DNA of 64,000 nt from Clostridiales bacterium (GTDB taxonomy: Bacteria > Bacillota > Clostridia > Christensenellales > CAG-917): positions 1,089,200 through 1,153,199 of the forward strand of contig CP091734.1 in the NCBI GenBank assembly GCA_022009995.1, read 5' to 3'. How positions within the stretch are numbered: the first letter of the stretch is position 1; every line of letters begins with the position of its first letter. Made by a program: the position numbers and the translations under genes. This document shows positions 30,595-42,900 of the stretch, piece after piece. The notes beneath the pieces are model-generated. The model saw nothing but the letters and a program-made list of their open reading frames with translations, had not been told where the DNA came from and searched no databases.

Positions 30595-31076
30595 ATGGCA
30601 GAATTCAAAAATGCGGAAGAAATGCTGAAAAACTATACCACGCACGGCTGTTTCGTCGTCGCGGGCGAAAGACCGAACGTTATGACCGCAAGCTGGGGCT
30701 TCTTCGGAGAAATGTGGGGCAAAAAAGTTGCGGTCGTCCCCGTGCGCGACAGCAGATTCACAAAAGGTATTATCGATGAAAAACGGGAATTCACGCTATG
30801 CGTGCCTTTTGGCGATAAGTACAAAAAAGAACTTTTGTATTGCGGCACGAAGTCGGGACGGGATTGCGATAAGGTGAAAGATCTTTGTCTTAAATCACGC
30901 CCGCAAAAAAAGTGAACACCTACGTTATCGACGGGTGCGGGGCGTATTACGAATGCAAGGTTTTGCATGTCATGGATTTTTCGGGACAGGAGCTTTCGCC
31001 TTTCGTGAAAAAAGCATACGGCGAAAAGCCCGATTACCACAATTTTTACTTTGCGGAAATCGTCGAAGAATATTAA
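30595..31076 (+). CDS. Flavin reductase-like / FMN-binding split-barrel protein; frameshift in the A-run ~30908
   Basis: ..GERPNVMTASWGFFGEMWGKKVAVVPVRDSRFT.. The C-terminal part ..VNTYVIDGCGAYYECKVLHVMDF..FYFAEIVEEY lies in a shifted frame and ends TAA 31074-31076. Confidence 0.6.
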
Positions 31077-31080
31077 GCGT

Positions 31081-31116
31081 AAAAAAAGGGGACTGCGAAC
31101 AGTCCCTTTCGTTTTT
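31081..31116. terminator. Bidirectional terminator
   Basis: A7-GGGACTG-CGAA-CAGTCCC-TTTCGTTTTT. Confidence 0.8.
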
Positions 31117-31122
31117 AAGTAA

Positions 31123-31379
31123 TCAGTCTTCTTTCACGTTCTCCACGACGAGCTTGTCGAAATCGACGGGCTCAACAAAGTCGCGGGGCAGAAATTTCAC
31201 GCTGTTGTAATTTGCGAAATGGTGAAAGTGTTGCGACAATACGACGGGCGTCGAAAGGTCGAAAGCGTCAACCGCTTCTTTCAGCATTTCATCGAAAACG
31301 TCGCGCGAAACGCCTTTTTCGACAAAACTATCGAGTTTGTGATTTTGTCGCCGACGTAAGTTTTTATCCAGAGTTTCAT
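31123..31379 (-). CDS. Small hypothetical protein (~86 aa) downstream of galT; frameshift ~31335
   Basis: MKLWIKTYVGDKIT.. then ..FVEKGVSRDVFDEMLKEAVDAFDLSTPVVLSQHFHHFANYNSVKFLPRDFVEPVDFDKLVVENVKED. Starts 2 nt after the galT stop. Confidence 0.4.
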
Positions 31380-31380
31380 A

Positions 31381-32905
31381 TTAAAATCCGCAGTAGGTCA
31401 TAAAGCGGTCGAACGCCTGTTCGCCTTTTTCGTCGTGCTTGAACACCGCCGTGCAATCGAGAATACGGACGCAGGCGTCGTTGATGTAATCGGTGACGCG
31501 GGTTGCCGCTTCTTCTTCTGTAAGACTTGTGCCGAAGTCGTTTGCAAGCTGCGCGATCATGCCGATATGCTTGCTCAAAGGATTGCTTTCATCTGACAAT
31601 GCCTTGAAGTCAAGCGGGGTTTTGCCGGTTAATATATCGCGGATACCGTGCGCTTCGGACGCAAGGCGGCCGGGAAGAATGAAAAGTCCCAACGCCTCGA
31701 TAATTCCGATGCCTTCTTTTTTGATGTTGTGCAGGTCTTCCGTGGGATGGAAAATACCGAACGGGTGAGCCTTGTCTGTGCGGTTATTTCGCAAAATCAT
31801 ATCGATTACGTAATGATTTTCGTCGTTAAACCTTGCAATCGGCGTAACGGTGTTGTGCGGCTCGTTTCTTGTCTTTGCGGAAATATCGACGTTTTTGTCG
31901 CTGTATTCGCGCCAGCATTTGAGGATATGCGCGGCAAGTTCTTTCACTTCTTTCCTGTCTTTTCCTTCAAGGCGGATCACGCTGTTGTACCAGTCGACAA
32001 TCGACACTTTGACGTTTTCAAAGGAACTGTGAGTGAAAAACTTTTTGGACGGCGCGCTCATTTCGGGCAATACCTTACTGCCGCCCTGATAATGGTCGTG
32101 CGACAAAATGCTGCCGCCGACGATGGGCAAATCCGCGTTGCTGCCGATGAAGTAATCGGGGAAGAGTTCCACAAAGTCGAACATTCTTTCAAAGGTATCG
32201 GCGTCGATGTGCATCGGGCGATGCTCGTCCGAAAGCGCGATGCAGTGGTTTTCAAAATATACGTAGGGCGAAAACTGGAAATGCCATACCTCGTTGTTGA
32301 GGATAATCGGAATCGTACGAAGAGTCTGACGGGCAGGGCGTGCGGCGTTTCCCGAAAACCCGACGCATTCCTTGCAGAGCATACATTTGGGGTATGCGGT
32401 CTGCGGCGCGTTTCGCGGCGAGAATGGCTTTCGGGTCTTTTTCCGGCTTGCTGAGATTTATGGTAATCATAATATCGCCGCGCGGATTTGCGACTTTCCA
32501 GCCGATGTTTTTGTCGATGTCGACTTTCCTTATATAATTGCTGTTGACGGACAGGTTGTAAAGGTATTTCGTCGCGAGAGCGGGATCGCTTGCGGCAAGT
32601 TGTTCAAACGTGGTGATAACCTGAAACGGCATCGGCATAAGAAGCCCCATGACGCGGGTTTCAAAGTTGATTTTTTCCCATTCTTCGGCAAGGTGGTTTT
32701 CCGCGGCGTATTCGTTGACGTCGTCCAGAATTTCCTGCAAAGGACGGCAGTTATCGACGGGCGCGTCCGCGGGTGCGTCCACTTTCAGAAGGTCCAGAAG
32801 GTTATTCCGTCTCAGAATATAATCTTCCTCGTACATATCGAGGTTTTTGCCTGCGTAAAAAAGCAACTCTTCAATAACAACTTTAATATCGTTTGTCATC
32901 GTCAA
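31381..32905 (-). CDS. galT: Galactose-1-phosphate uridylyltransferase (type 2, ~507 aa); frameshift ~32403
   Basis: ..[42 protein letters not shown].. ORFs 32252-32905 and 31381-32382 join. Confidence 0.85.
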
Positions 32906-33026
32906 AACTCCTTATAATAATTGCAATTATTATACGATTGTGTTATAATCGCCTTATCGTTATTCCCGATAAAGCAAATTTATTTTAATGTAATTCGGGG
33001 AAATATGCAACGGATTTACGGGTAAT

Positions 33027-34286
33027 ATGCAAAAAATCACGTCAATCGACGAAATTACTTGTTCGTCGGAGTTTGAAAAAACGGTAACCCATCTTTACGG
33101 CTCGGCGGAAGGTCAGACCGAAAGATACAAAAATCTTTACCTTGCCCACATTGAAAATTTCAACCTTGCGGAAGGGGAATTCTTTTCAAGCCCCGGCAGG
33201 ATCGAAGTTATCGGCAACCACACCGATCATAACCACGGAAAAGTGCTTACGGCGGCAATCTCCGTCGACACGCTTGCGTTCGTGACGAAAACCGACGACA
33301 ATATCGTCAGAATCAATTCCGAAGGATACGCCCCGTTTGAACAAACCTTGACGACCTTTCTTTCGTCGAAAGCGAGGCGGGCGACAGCAAAGCCCTTGTA
33401 AAAGGCATTGCGAAATACTTTGTCGATAACGGCTTTAGCGTCGGCGGATTCACGGCAAGCGTTACTTCGTGCGTTCCTGCGGCGGCGGGCGTTTCTTCGT
33501 CTGCCTCGTTTGAACTGTTGATTGCCGAAATCTTCAACGTGCTTTACAACGACGGCGCGGTGTCGAAAATGAAAAAGGCTCAGGCGTCGCAATATGCGGA
33601 AAACGTTTATTTCTTAAAGCCGTGCGGACTTATGGACCAGTCGGCGATATCTTTGGGCGGCGTTTCGATGATCGATTTCGAAAACGTTGAAAATCCCTTT
33701 GTGCTCGGCGTGCAGTATCCGTTCACCGACACCGACATCGTCATCACGAATACGGGCGGCAATCACGCCGACCTTACTTCCGACTACGCCGCAATCCGCG
33801 CGGAAATGGAAGAAGTTTCCGAAAAGTTTTCGGAAAAGTATTTAAGGCTTGTCGATTATCAGAAGTTTCTGGACGCAATCCCCGCGTTGCAAAACGAAGT
33901 TTCGGGCAGGGCAATTATGCGCGCGATACACTTCTTTGACGAAAATCTGCGCGTCGATAAGGCGGTTTCCGCAATCAATATGAAACGCCGACGCTTTTTA
34001 CAAAATCGTGGGCGAAAGCGGCGACAGCAGTTTCAAACTTCTGCAAAACTGCTACGTTCCTGCGGATACGGTTCAGCGCATACCTTTGGGTATCGTACTT
34101 TCGCAACACGTCACGGGCGTGAAAGCGGTGCGCGTGCACGGCGGCGGCTTTGCCGGGACGATTATCGCATTTGTCGAAAAGGCGGAAACGCACGAATACG
34201 TCGAGCATATGAGCGAAGTTTTCGGCGCGGAGCACGTTTATAAGCTTTCAATAAGACAGGAGGGCGCTTGTCGCGTCGAATTCTGA
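33027..34286 (+). CDS. galK: Galactokinase; two apparent frameshifts (~33340, ~33975)
   Basis: Galactokinase signature GRIEVIGNHTDHNHG, GHMP motif PAAAGVSSSAS, C-terminal RVHGGGFAGTIIAFV. Divergent from galT. Confidence 0.85.
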
Positions 34287-34303
34287 TGTTATACGACGTT
34301 CTT

Positions 34304-35146
34304 ATGAATATAAATCCCGTGGCGTTCCGCATCGGGAATCTTGAAGTAAGGTGGTATGGGCTTATCATCACGTGCGCGATGGTGCTGGGGCTTATCATTC
34401 TTATTTTCATGGCAAAAAAGAAAGGCATTTCTTCCGACGACACGCTGGAACTTTTCCTGTGGGTAATTCCGCTGGGCATAGTTTTCGCGCGTGTGATTTA
34501 CGTTTTTGCAAACAATAAGGAATACGGATATTTCCCCATCGAGTCGTGGGACGACTTCGTAAACTGCATCGCGATCTGGGACGGCGGTATCACCATTTAC
34601 GGCGGTATGGTCGGCGGCGTTTTGGGCGCGCTTATCTTCTGCAAAAGGAAAAAAATCAAACTCGGCACGATACTCGATATGCTTGTGCCGATAGTGCTGT
34701 TGTGTCAGGCAATCGGAAGATGGGGCAATTTCTGCAATCAGGAAGCCTACGGACAACTTGTCACCAACGAGAAACTTTTCGGGCTGCCGTTTTCGGTTTA
34801 TATCGACGCGGCGCACGCCGTGAACGGGGCGGCGGGTTGGTATCAGGCGACTTTTTTTTACGAATCGGTCTATAATTTCATCGGCGCGATTTTGACGTAT
34901 TGTCTGTGGCGCAAAAACAAAGTGAACGGCGCGCTCGTTTTCTTTTACGGCGTATGGTACTGCGTGATTCGTCTTATCCTTGACTTTTTGCGCGTGGACG
35001 GACTTTTGTCGACGAAAATCGCCTGCGTCATAGTTATACCCACGTTCACCGCTTTGGGTATTTGGTATTATTTACACGGACTTAAAAAACTCGACCACGA
35101 TAAGGCCGCGCTGGAAGTCGAGGAAATGCTCGCTTCCGACGATTAA
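34304..35146 (+). CDS. lgt: Prolipoprotein diacylglyceryl transferase
   Basis: MNINPVAFRIG..VRWYGLII..GRWGNFCNQEAYG. The start is chosen at 34304; the ORF track starts at 34268. Confidence 0.9.
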   Translation: MNINPVAFRIGNLEVRWYGLIITCAMVLGLIILIFMAKKKGISSDDTLELFLWVIPLGIVFARVIYVFANNKEYGYFPIESWDDFVNCIAIWDGGITIYGGMVGGVLGALIFCKRKKIKLGTILDMLVPIVLLCQAIGRWGNFCNQEAYGQLVTNEKLFGLPFSVYIDAAHAVNGAAGWYQATFFYESVYNFIGAILTYCLWRKNKVNGALVFFYGVWYCVIRLILDFLRVDGLLSTKIACVIVIPTFTALGIWYYLHGLKKLDHDKAALEVEEMLASDD

Positions 35147-35155
35147 AGGAGAAAT

Positions 35156-36582
35156 ATGAGAAACTTAACCTTGCTTACCGACTTTTACGAACTCACGATG
35201 ATGAACGGATATCTGAAAGAGGGCATCGCCGACAACGAGGCGTGCTTCGACGTTTTTTATCGTGGCGGAAACAAGCTCGAATACGCAATGTGCGCGGGGC
35301 TGGAACAAGTCGTGGACTACGTCAACAATCTGCACTTCGACAAGGAAGATTTGGATTACCTCGACGGGCTGAACGTTTCGGAAAAGAATTTATCGAAAGG
35401 CTGAAAAACTTCAAATTCACGGGCGATATTTACGCCGTGCCCGAAGGTACGATTATTTTCCCGTATGAGCCCATTCTGACAATCAAAGCGCCCCTTTTCG
35501 AGGCGCAACTTCTGGAAACCGCGATACTTTGCGTGCTTAATCATCAGACGCTCATCGCGACGAAAGCGGCAAGGCTTTGCCAGAATACCGACGCGAAAAT
35601 TATGGAGTTCGGTTTAAGGCGCGCGCAAGGTCCCGACGCAGGCATTTACGGCGCAAGGGCAGCGTATATCGGCGGTTGCAGAAGCACCTCGAACGTGCTT
35701 GCCGGACAAATGTTCGGTATCCCCGTGAAAGGCACGCACGCCCACAGCTGGGTTATGTCTTTCCCCGACGAACTGACGGCGTTTCGCGCGTATGCGGAAC
35801 TTTATCCCGAAGGGTGCATGCTGCTTGTCGACACTTACGACACCTTAAAAAGCGGCGTACCCAACGCAATCAAAGTCTTTGACGAACTCAAACAAAAAGG
35901 ATATAAACCTCTCGGGATCAGGCTTGACAGCGGCGACCTTGCGTATCTTTCCAAAGAAGCACGCAAAATGCTGGACGACGCGGGACATTCCGACTGCATC
36001 ATCTGCGTTTCAAACGACATCGACGAGCAGGTTTTGCTGAGTCTGAAAGCGCAGGACGCGAAAATCGACCTTTTCGGCATAGGCACCCGCCTTATCACAA
36101 GTTACGACGCGCCTTCGCTCGGCGGCGTTTACAAACTTTGTGCAATCGAAGAAAACGGAAAACTCGTGCCGAAAATCAAACTGTCCGACACCCAGGCGAA
36201 AATCACCAACCCGGGGCTTAAAAAGATTTTCAGGATTTACGACGAAAACGGCTTTGCAAAAGCCGACCTTATCGCGCTCAAAAAGGACAAAATCGACACG
36301 GATAAACCTTTGACGATTTTCCACCCGCAATACCCGTGGAAGAAAACCACGTTTGAAAAATACAGCGTGAGAGAACTGATGGTTACGGTGTTCAAGGGCG
36401 GAAAACAAGTGTATAAACTGCCGTCGCTTGAAGAAATCGCAAAATATGCCGACAACGAAATCGCGCATTTTTACCCCGAGTATTTAAGGACGGTGAACAC
36501 GCAGGAATACAAGGTTGACCTTTCCGACAACCTTTACAATCTCAAAATCAAAATGCTCACGAAAAACAGCAAAAAAAGATAA
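35156..36582 (+). CDS. pncB: Nicotinate phosphoribosyltransferase; frameshift ~35377 in a T-run
   Basis: LLTDFYELTMMNGY..EFGLRRAQGPDAG..GTHAHSWVMSF. Confidence 0.9.
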
Positions 36583-36660
36583 TTATCGTCGTTTTTCGAC
36601 AAAAAATTCAAAACTTCAAAAGACCTTCGTCGGTTACAATATAGCCACGGAGGTTTTTTT

Positions 36661-37215
36661 GTGGGTAAAAAAAATTTAACGTTCAAAACGGAACTTAACG
36701 GTTACAAAAAATGCGAGGTCGACGAAAGACTTCAAAAAGACGCAAGGCGCATCGAGGTGCTGGAAGCGCAGGTCGCGCTCGTCGACGGGTTGAAAGATGA
36801 AAATCAAAGACTTGCGTCGGAAGTCGAAAAGTACAAAAAATGCGAGGACGAGGTCAAGAACGTGCTTGCCGTCGCGACAAAAAAAGCGTTTGACATCAAA
36901 ACGGATATGAAACTTCAATACGCGCTGGAAACCGAAAGGCTGAAAATTTTCAAGGCGAAATGGACAAGCGCGTACGACGAATTGAAAAGGAAATACGGAT
37001 TCGATACCGACGCCGCAATCGTCGAAAGCACGGTTACCGACGTGTCCTTGAAAATCGAGGCTATTCTCAACAAAGATTTCGGGATACGACTGACCGACGA
37101 CGCCACCGACGCCGAAAAACAACTTATGGAAGAAGCGGACAGACTTTCAATCAGTCAGGACGAAATAAATAAACTTGTCGAAAAATTGAAAGGAGAGCTT
37201 AAAAACGTGTCGTAG
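36661..37215 (+). CDS. DivIVA-domain protein (GTG start)
   Basis: N-terminal FKTELNGYKKCEVDERL (F-x5-GY-x3-EVD pattern) followed by coiled-coil sequence. Confidence 0.6.
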   Translation: MGKKNLTFKTELNGYKKCEVDERLQKDARRIEVLEAQVALVDGLKDENQRLASEVEKYKKCEDEVKNVLAVATKKAFDIKTDMKLQYALETERLKIFKAKWTSAYDELKRKYGFDTDAAIVESTVTDVSLKIEAILNKDFGIRLTDDATDAEKQLMEEADRLSISQDEINKLVEKLKGELKNVS

Positions 37216-37239
37216 CCGCTTGAAAACGCGCACTTATTA

Positions 37240-37974
37240 TTGTATAATATAAGTATGGAAGACTTATATTTATATACTACAATTGCAATTATCCCCCTTG
37301 TCGTGCTGACGCTGATCGCAGGATTCGTCGTTCAGTTCAGGTTTGCGAAGTATTCAAAAGAAAGCAATTTATCGGGGCTTACGGGCGCGCAGGCTGCGCG
37401 AAAAATTCTGGACGAACACGGGCTTTTCGACGTCGCAATCGTGAAAATCGAAGGGAATCTCACCGACAACTTCAACCCGAAAACCAACGTCGTTTCGTTG
37501 TCGCCGAAAGTGCACGACGGCAATACTATCGCCGCGGTTGCGGTTGCCGCGCACGAGGTCGGACACGCGATACAGCACGCGGAAGGCTATGCGCCGATGA
37601 AACTTCGCGGCGCGCTTGTTCCCGCTTGCGTCGTTACATCGAAAGCGGCTGTGCCTCTTCTTCTCATCGGCATACTGCTGGAAATCTTTCTGAGTCAGAA
37701 TCCCGCGTCGAGCATACTGTTTTTCCTGGGAATCGCGTGCTACGCATTGTACGCGCTGTTCACGCTTATCACCCTTCCCGTTGAGTTTAACGCGTCGAGA
37801 AGGGCGGGCGAAAACCTTGTCGATTACGGCGTTATCAACGTCCGCGACGAAAAGAAGGTCAACGCAATGCTTCGCGCGGCGGGCATGACTTACGTCATGA
37901 GTTTTGCGATGGCACTTTTGCAAATGCTCAGGATTATCGCGATTTTCGGCGGATCGAGAAGCAAGAAAAAGTAA
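37240..37974 (+). CDS. Zinc metallopeptidase (Zn_peptidase_2 / YpfJ-like membrane protein)
   Basis: HEVGHAIQH motif with flanking TM segments. The start may be 37255. Confidence 0.8.
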   Translation: MYNISMEDLYLYTTIAIIPLVVLTLIAGFVVQFRFAKYSKESNLSGLTGAQAARKILDEHGLFDVAIVKIEGNLTDNFNPKTNVVSLSPKVHDGNTIAAVAVAAHEVGHAIQHAEGYAPMKLRGALVPACVVTSKAAVPLLLIGILLEIFLSQNPASSILFFLGIACYALYALFTLITLPVEFNASRRAGENLVDYGVINVRDEKKVNAMLRAAGMTYVMSFAMALLQMLRIIAIFGGSRSKKK

Positions 37975-38931
37975 TCAGTTTATATCGGTTATAAATCCGT
38001 CTTTTACCGTGAAATCGAACACGCGGGGCGTGATAATCGGCTCGGCTGAATAAGAAATCAAAGCGACTTTTTTAAGGTCGCTTATTTTTTGCGCGTTTTG
38101 GTGTTTTATCGGCGAAATTTCGTCAAAAGGCTTGAAATAATCCAAAAAAACTTCGGGGCTTTCCCTGATATCCGGCGCAAGACACGCCGTCGCTCTTTCA
38201 AAGTCTTTCGCGGCAAGCGATTCCAAAAATAAATAAGGGATAAGTTCGTCGGGATAAACGCGGTCTTGAAGATACGAAAACTCGGTTTTGCTTTTTACCG
38301 TCGCGCCCGAAAACGAATACGTCGTGGTTTTCACGCGGGAGAGCATGTCTTTCAGATATTCGGTTGCAATTACGCCCGCGTACGAAAACGACACGTCGTC
38401 CGCTTCGACCGACAACAGTTCTCGGAAGCCGCCGTCAAAAAGCATGACGAGGACGTATTGTATTTTAGCGGTTCCCGAAATCACTAAGAGCAGTCCTTCC
38501 TTTGTTTCGGAAAAGGAAATTTTCGGGGAAGAAAGCGGCGGGATTTCCACCGTCTTTACGCCGCCCGAACACTCGAAAATAGCACGGGTTTTCGTGTCCT
38601 TATATATCGTTACAATTACTTCGTCGCCGTTATAAGTCGTCGAGTTTTGCGCGATAGGGACGGGCGGGGCGTATTCAAAGTACTTTTGCGGCTCGATAAT
38701 CACGTCGTACACGCCGTTTTGCCAGTCGATAAGTTGCGCCGAGCCGTAAACCCGCACGGTGTTTTTCACGTCGATGACGGCATAGGACGGCACGTATATT
38801 TCGTTTTCGCAATTTTCCTTTGCGGCAAAAAGCATAATCGCGCCGTCGTTTTGTTCAATCGAGAAAGGCGCGTCGTGCGACGCATTGTTTGCAACGATAA
38901 GCCCGTTCGGGGCAAAATAAAACCTCGCCAT
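37975..38931 (-). CDS. Hypothetical protein (318 aa), no family recognised
   Basis: Intact ORF with coding-like composition. It overlaps the upstream lipoprotein gene's transcription unit. Confidence 0.5.
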   Translation of the reverse strand: MARFYFAPNGLIVANNASHDAPFSIEQNDGAIMLFAAKENCENEIYVPSYAVIDVKNTVRVYGSAQLIDWQNGVYDVIIEPQKYFEYAPPVPIAQNSTTYNGDEVIVTIYKDTKTRAIFECSGGVKTVEIPPLSSPKISFSETKEGLLLVISGTAKIQYVLVMLFDGGFRELLSVEADDVSFSYAGVIATEYLKDMLSRVKTTTYSFSGATVKSKTEFSYLQDRVYPDELIPYLFLESLAAKDFERATACLAPDIRESPEVFLDYFKPFDEISPIKHQNAQKISDLKKVALISYSAEPIITPRVFDFTVKDGFITDIN

Positions 38932-38971
38932 ACAATAAATATACGGCGAGGCGTTTCGTTTTATGAAATTA

Positions 38972-39786
38972 TTATGCCTTGGTTGCGGACGCGTCTTTTA
39001 AGGTATAGGTGAAATTGCCTTCCACGAACTCCACAAGCGTTTGTTTGAGTTTATAGTGGTTTGAAAGCGCAATTTCCGACTTTGCGTAGTACGCGCGGAA
39101 CGCCTGATTTGTCGAAACGGGGGCGGAAGTAAGGGCGATATATACGACCTGACAATCCGTTGAGTTTGCCTCGCCGCCGATCGTGTATCCCTTGTTTTCG
39201 GTTGCGCCCAGGGAGCATTGAAGTTTCACGACGTTGTTTTCACCCGGGGCGAAAGTGTTGAACGCAAGGTTGAACTTTTTGTCGAAACTCGCGCCGCGGA
39301 TAATCGTATAAAACTGCATATTGTCGTAGTAGGGCGAAGAAATATCGTGTTCGGATGCCGCCGTTCCTTCGGGAATCGTGTCGCCGTCCGCCTGATAAAA
39401 CCTGACTTTTTGCCGTCGTAGACGACTTTTTGCGTTGTCTTGACGCCGCCTTTTTCGGTGGTCAGCACGCTTTCGGACGGCAGGAAACTGCCCGATTTCG
39501 AAAAGCTGACGCTGCCGTTAATTGTGGTACCGTCGTCCATCGTTTGTTGTCTTTCGATGACGTAGCCGCTTCCGGCGGGTTTAATGGTGAGAGTAAGCGT
39601 GCCCGTAACGAGCGTTTCGCCGACTTTCCCGGATACCGAATAAGTAAACGTTTCCGTAAAGCCGCCGTCGCACCAGTTAAGGCGCAAAAGTTTGTCCGTC
39701 GCGACGTTGCTGTTGCACGCGGTAAGCGAAAACGCAAGAACCGACGCAATAATTACCGTTAAAATAACAAGAATAACCTTTTTCAT
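38972..39786 (-). CDS. Hypothetical lipoprotein; frameshift ~39409 in an A5 run
   Basis: Signal MKKVILVILTVIIASVLAFSLTAC (lipobox). ORFs 39226-39786 and 38972-39319 join as ..VVYDGKKVRFYQADGDTIPEG.. Confidence 0.6.
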
Positions 39787-39915
39787 ATCGGATAGTATAG
39801 CATACTTCCGAAAAAAAGCAAAGCATATATAAAGTATTTTGTGCGCGCGCGTTGCTTTAACAATAAAAGTAATGTATAATTATTATATATTTATACCTTA
39901 TTTTATTTATTGATT

Positions 39916-42900
39916 ATGAGCGTTAAATTCATTCTTTCAAACACGTTCGGTTTTTCCGCCGACAATATGTATCGGCTTATCGCAAAAAACGTCGGAAACG
40001 GCAGGCAAATCGTCATCGTACCCGACAAGTTTTCTCTTGCTTTTGAAAGGAATATATTAAAAAAACTCGGGCTGACATCGACGTTCGACGTGGACGTTAC
40101 GTCGTTTATGCGACTTGCCGTGAAAGCAATGCGCGGGAAAAACAGGAAGTGTCTGACGCCCGAAGGCTCGGTCATGCTGCTGAAAAGGGCAATCGACGAG
40201 GTGAAAAACGACCTTACCGTTTATAAGGACGTCGACGACGTGACTTTTCCCAGGGAGATGTACGCCGTCATCACCGCTCTTCGAAACAGCGGCGTCAATG
40301 CCGAAAACACGTTGGCGGTCGACGACGAAAAACTGAAAGACGTCGGTATTATTTACGAAAAATATCTTGAAATATTGCACAAATCGTTTATTGATTCGAC
40401 CTCGCGGCTCGAAGCGTTTTCTGCGGGTATCGGCGACGAATTTTCGGACGCCGACGTTTATATTTTCGGATTTCCCGATTTCACCGCAACCCAGTATGAG
40501 ATAATTTTCCGTCTTTTCATCCACGCAAGGAACGTGACCGTCGGACTTATCGCGCCCGATGACGACGCGAAAAACAAAAGATTGTACCCGAGCCGCGCTT
40601 TCAAAAAACTCACAAGCGGGCTTTCGGACGCGAATATCGCATACGACGTAACGTACGCTTTCGTCGGGCTCGATAACGTCAAAAAACAACTTTCAAACCT
40701 GTTTTCTTATGCCAAACTTCCTTCCGTCGAAACCGACGGGAAAGTTGAGATTATCGAGGCGAAAAACATCATGGACGAGATGGAATACGTTGCGAAAAAT
40801 ATTCGCCGTGCGGTAATCGAACAAAAACTGAGATACAAGGACTTCGCCGTCGTCGTGCCGTCGTCGGACGATTACGAAAACGACGTCAGAAACGTATTTA
40901 CGCGATACGACGTGCCTTATTTTCTGGACAAAAAAATACCTTTTTCGTCCGCGCCGCAGGCAAGATATATTTTGTCGGCGATAAGGTGCGCGTCCGACGG
41001 CTTCGATTTTTCGGACGTCAACGCGCTTATCAAAAATCCGCTGTTTTACAAAACCCCGGAAGGGTACGAAAGCGTGCAACTTTTTGAAAATTACGTGCTG
41101 AAAAACGCGCTTTCAAACAAACTTTGCAAAAAATTCAAAAACGAAGCGGCGGAAAGCGTCAGAAAACGCATATTCGACGTAACCGCGCCTTTTTCGGGAC
41201 TTGACGGAAAGGACGTCAAGGAATACGTCGCCGCGCTTAACGCTTTTTTGGAAAACGAAAAAATCAAGGAATATTCGGAAACCGTCTCGGACGAAATCAA
41301 AACCGTCGAAAGCAAGGCTGCCGAACAGTTTTACGATAAGTTCGTCGATATCGTCGACGAAATGCAGGTTGTGCTGAAAAATACGACTTTCTCGCTTTAT
41401 GAGTTTTCGGAAACCTTGAAAGGCGTGTTTGAAAACGTCAAAGTCGCGCTTGTGCCGATGTATCTCGACAGCGTTTACGTCGGACAAAGCAACGAAAGTT
41501 TCTTTGACGGAATAAAAATAATGTACGTGTGCGGGGCGGTCGAAGGACTTGTGCCGCGCTCTGTCGCAAATACCGCCGTGCTTGGCGTAAAGGAAGAAGA
41601 AAGCCTTTTGAAAAACGGGCTCGATTTATACCCGTCGAAGAAGGAGAGCGTGAAAAACAACGCGTTTGAACTCATATCCCTTCTGACAAAGCCCGAAAAA
41701 GTCGTCGTGTCGTATCCCGTGAATTACAAGGGAACGGAAGGGCGCGCGGCGGCGTTTGTCGCGTCGATGACGGATTACTTTACCGTCGGCGGCAGTCCGC
41801 TTTCGCCCGTTCGCACCGACAAAAAACGCGCGTTGACCAAGGATGAGGAGTTGAAAGAGTACGCCTTTGACACGGCAACTTACGAAAACGGCAAATACAA
41901 ACTTCTGCTTGCAAAATCCGCAAAATCGAAAGTCGACGCCGGCAGTTTCTTTTCGCTGTTGCCAGACGAAGAAAAATCTTACGTCGAAAAACTTATTGAA
42001 ACGTCCGACTCGCAAGAAAGCGTGAAAATCAACACGTCGCTAGATCGGGGCGTATTTTCGGCAAGCCAGCTGGAAACGTATTTCGCCTGTCCGTACAAAC
42101 AGTTTTTGCGCTACGGCATAAGGCTGAAACCGCGCGAAGAAGGTGTGCTTCGTACCCTTGAAACGGGCACGCTCATGCACGCTATTATGGAAAAGTTCGT
42201 GAAAGAAAAGGCTTACGAAAACCCGACGGACGAGATTATCGCAAGCGTTTGCGACCGCGCCGTGAAAGAACAGCTCGAATCCCCCGATTTTATGCAGTTC
42301 GACGCCGCGAAAAACAAGCTTTCTTTCGACCGCGTGAAAAAGGAAGGCGCGAAAATCTGCAAGGAAATCGCCGCGCAGTTCCAAAAATCCGACTTCAAGC
42401 CGTACCTTGCGGAAGCGAAAATCGGAAAGAAGGGCGAGGCGAATTTCGAAGGGCTTAAAATCAAAAAGGACGGGAAAGAGTACGTCCTTGTCGGAAGTAT
42501 CGACCGCATCGACGAAAAAGACGGGTATTTCGCGATAATCGACTACAAAAGTTACTCAAAAAATCTTTCGCTGAAAGACATTTACAGTGGTGAAAAAATC
42601 CAGCCCGTTTTATATATGGACGCCGCGAAAAATAAGGATCTGAAATATCCCGTCGGCATGCTTTATCAACCCGTTTCGGTGGGATATAAAACAAAAGGCA
42701 AAAACCGCTTCAAAATGAGCGGATTCATAATAAATAATCCCGATATTATTTCGATGATGGACAACACGCTGACTGCGGGGAAAAGCAGCGACTTTCTTCC
42801 CGTTTCGCTGAAAAACGACGGCACCGCGGGCAGTCGGAAAAACGTCGTGGCGGATACGGCGTTCCTTGCGTTTGAAAAGTACGCCGAAAAACTGTCCGAA

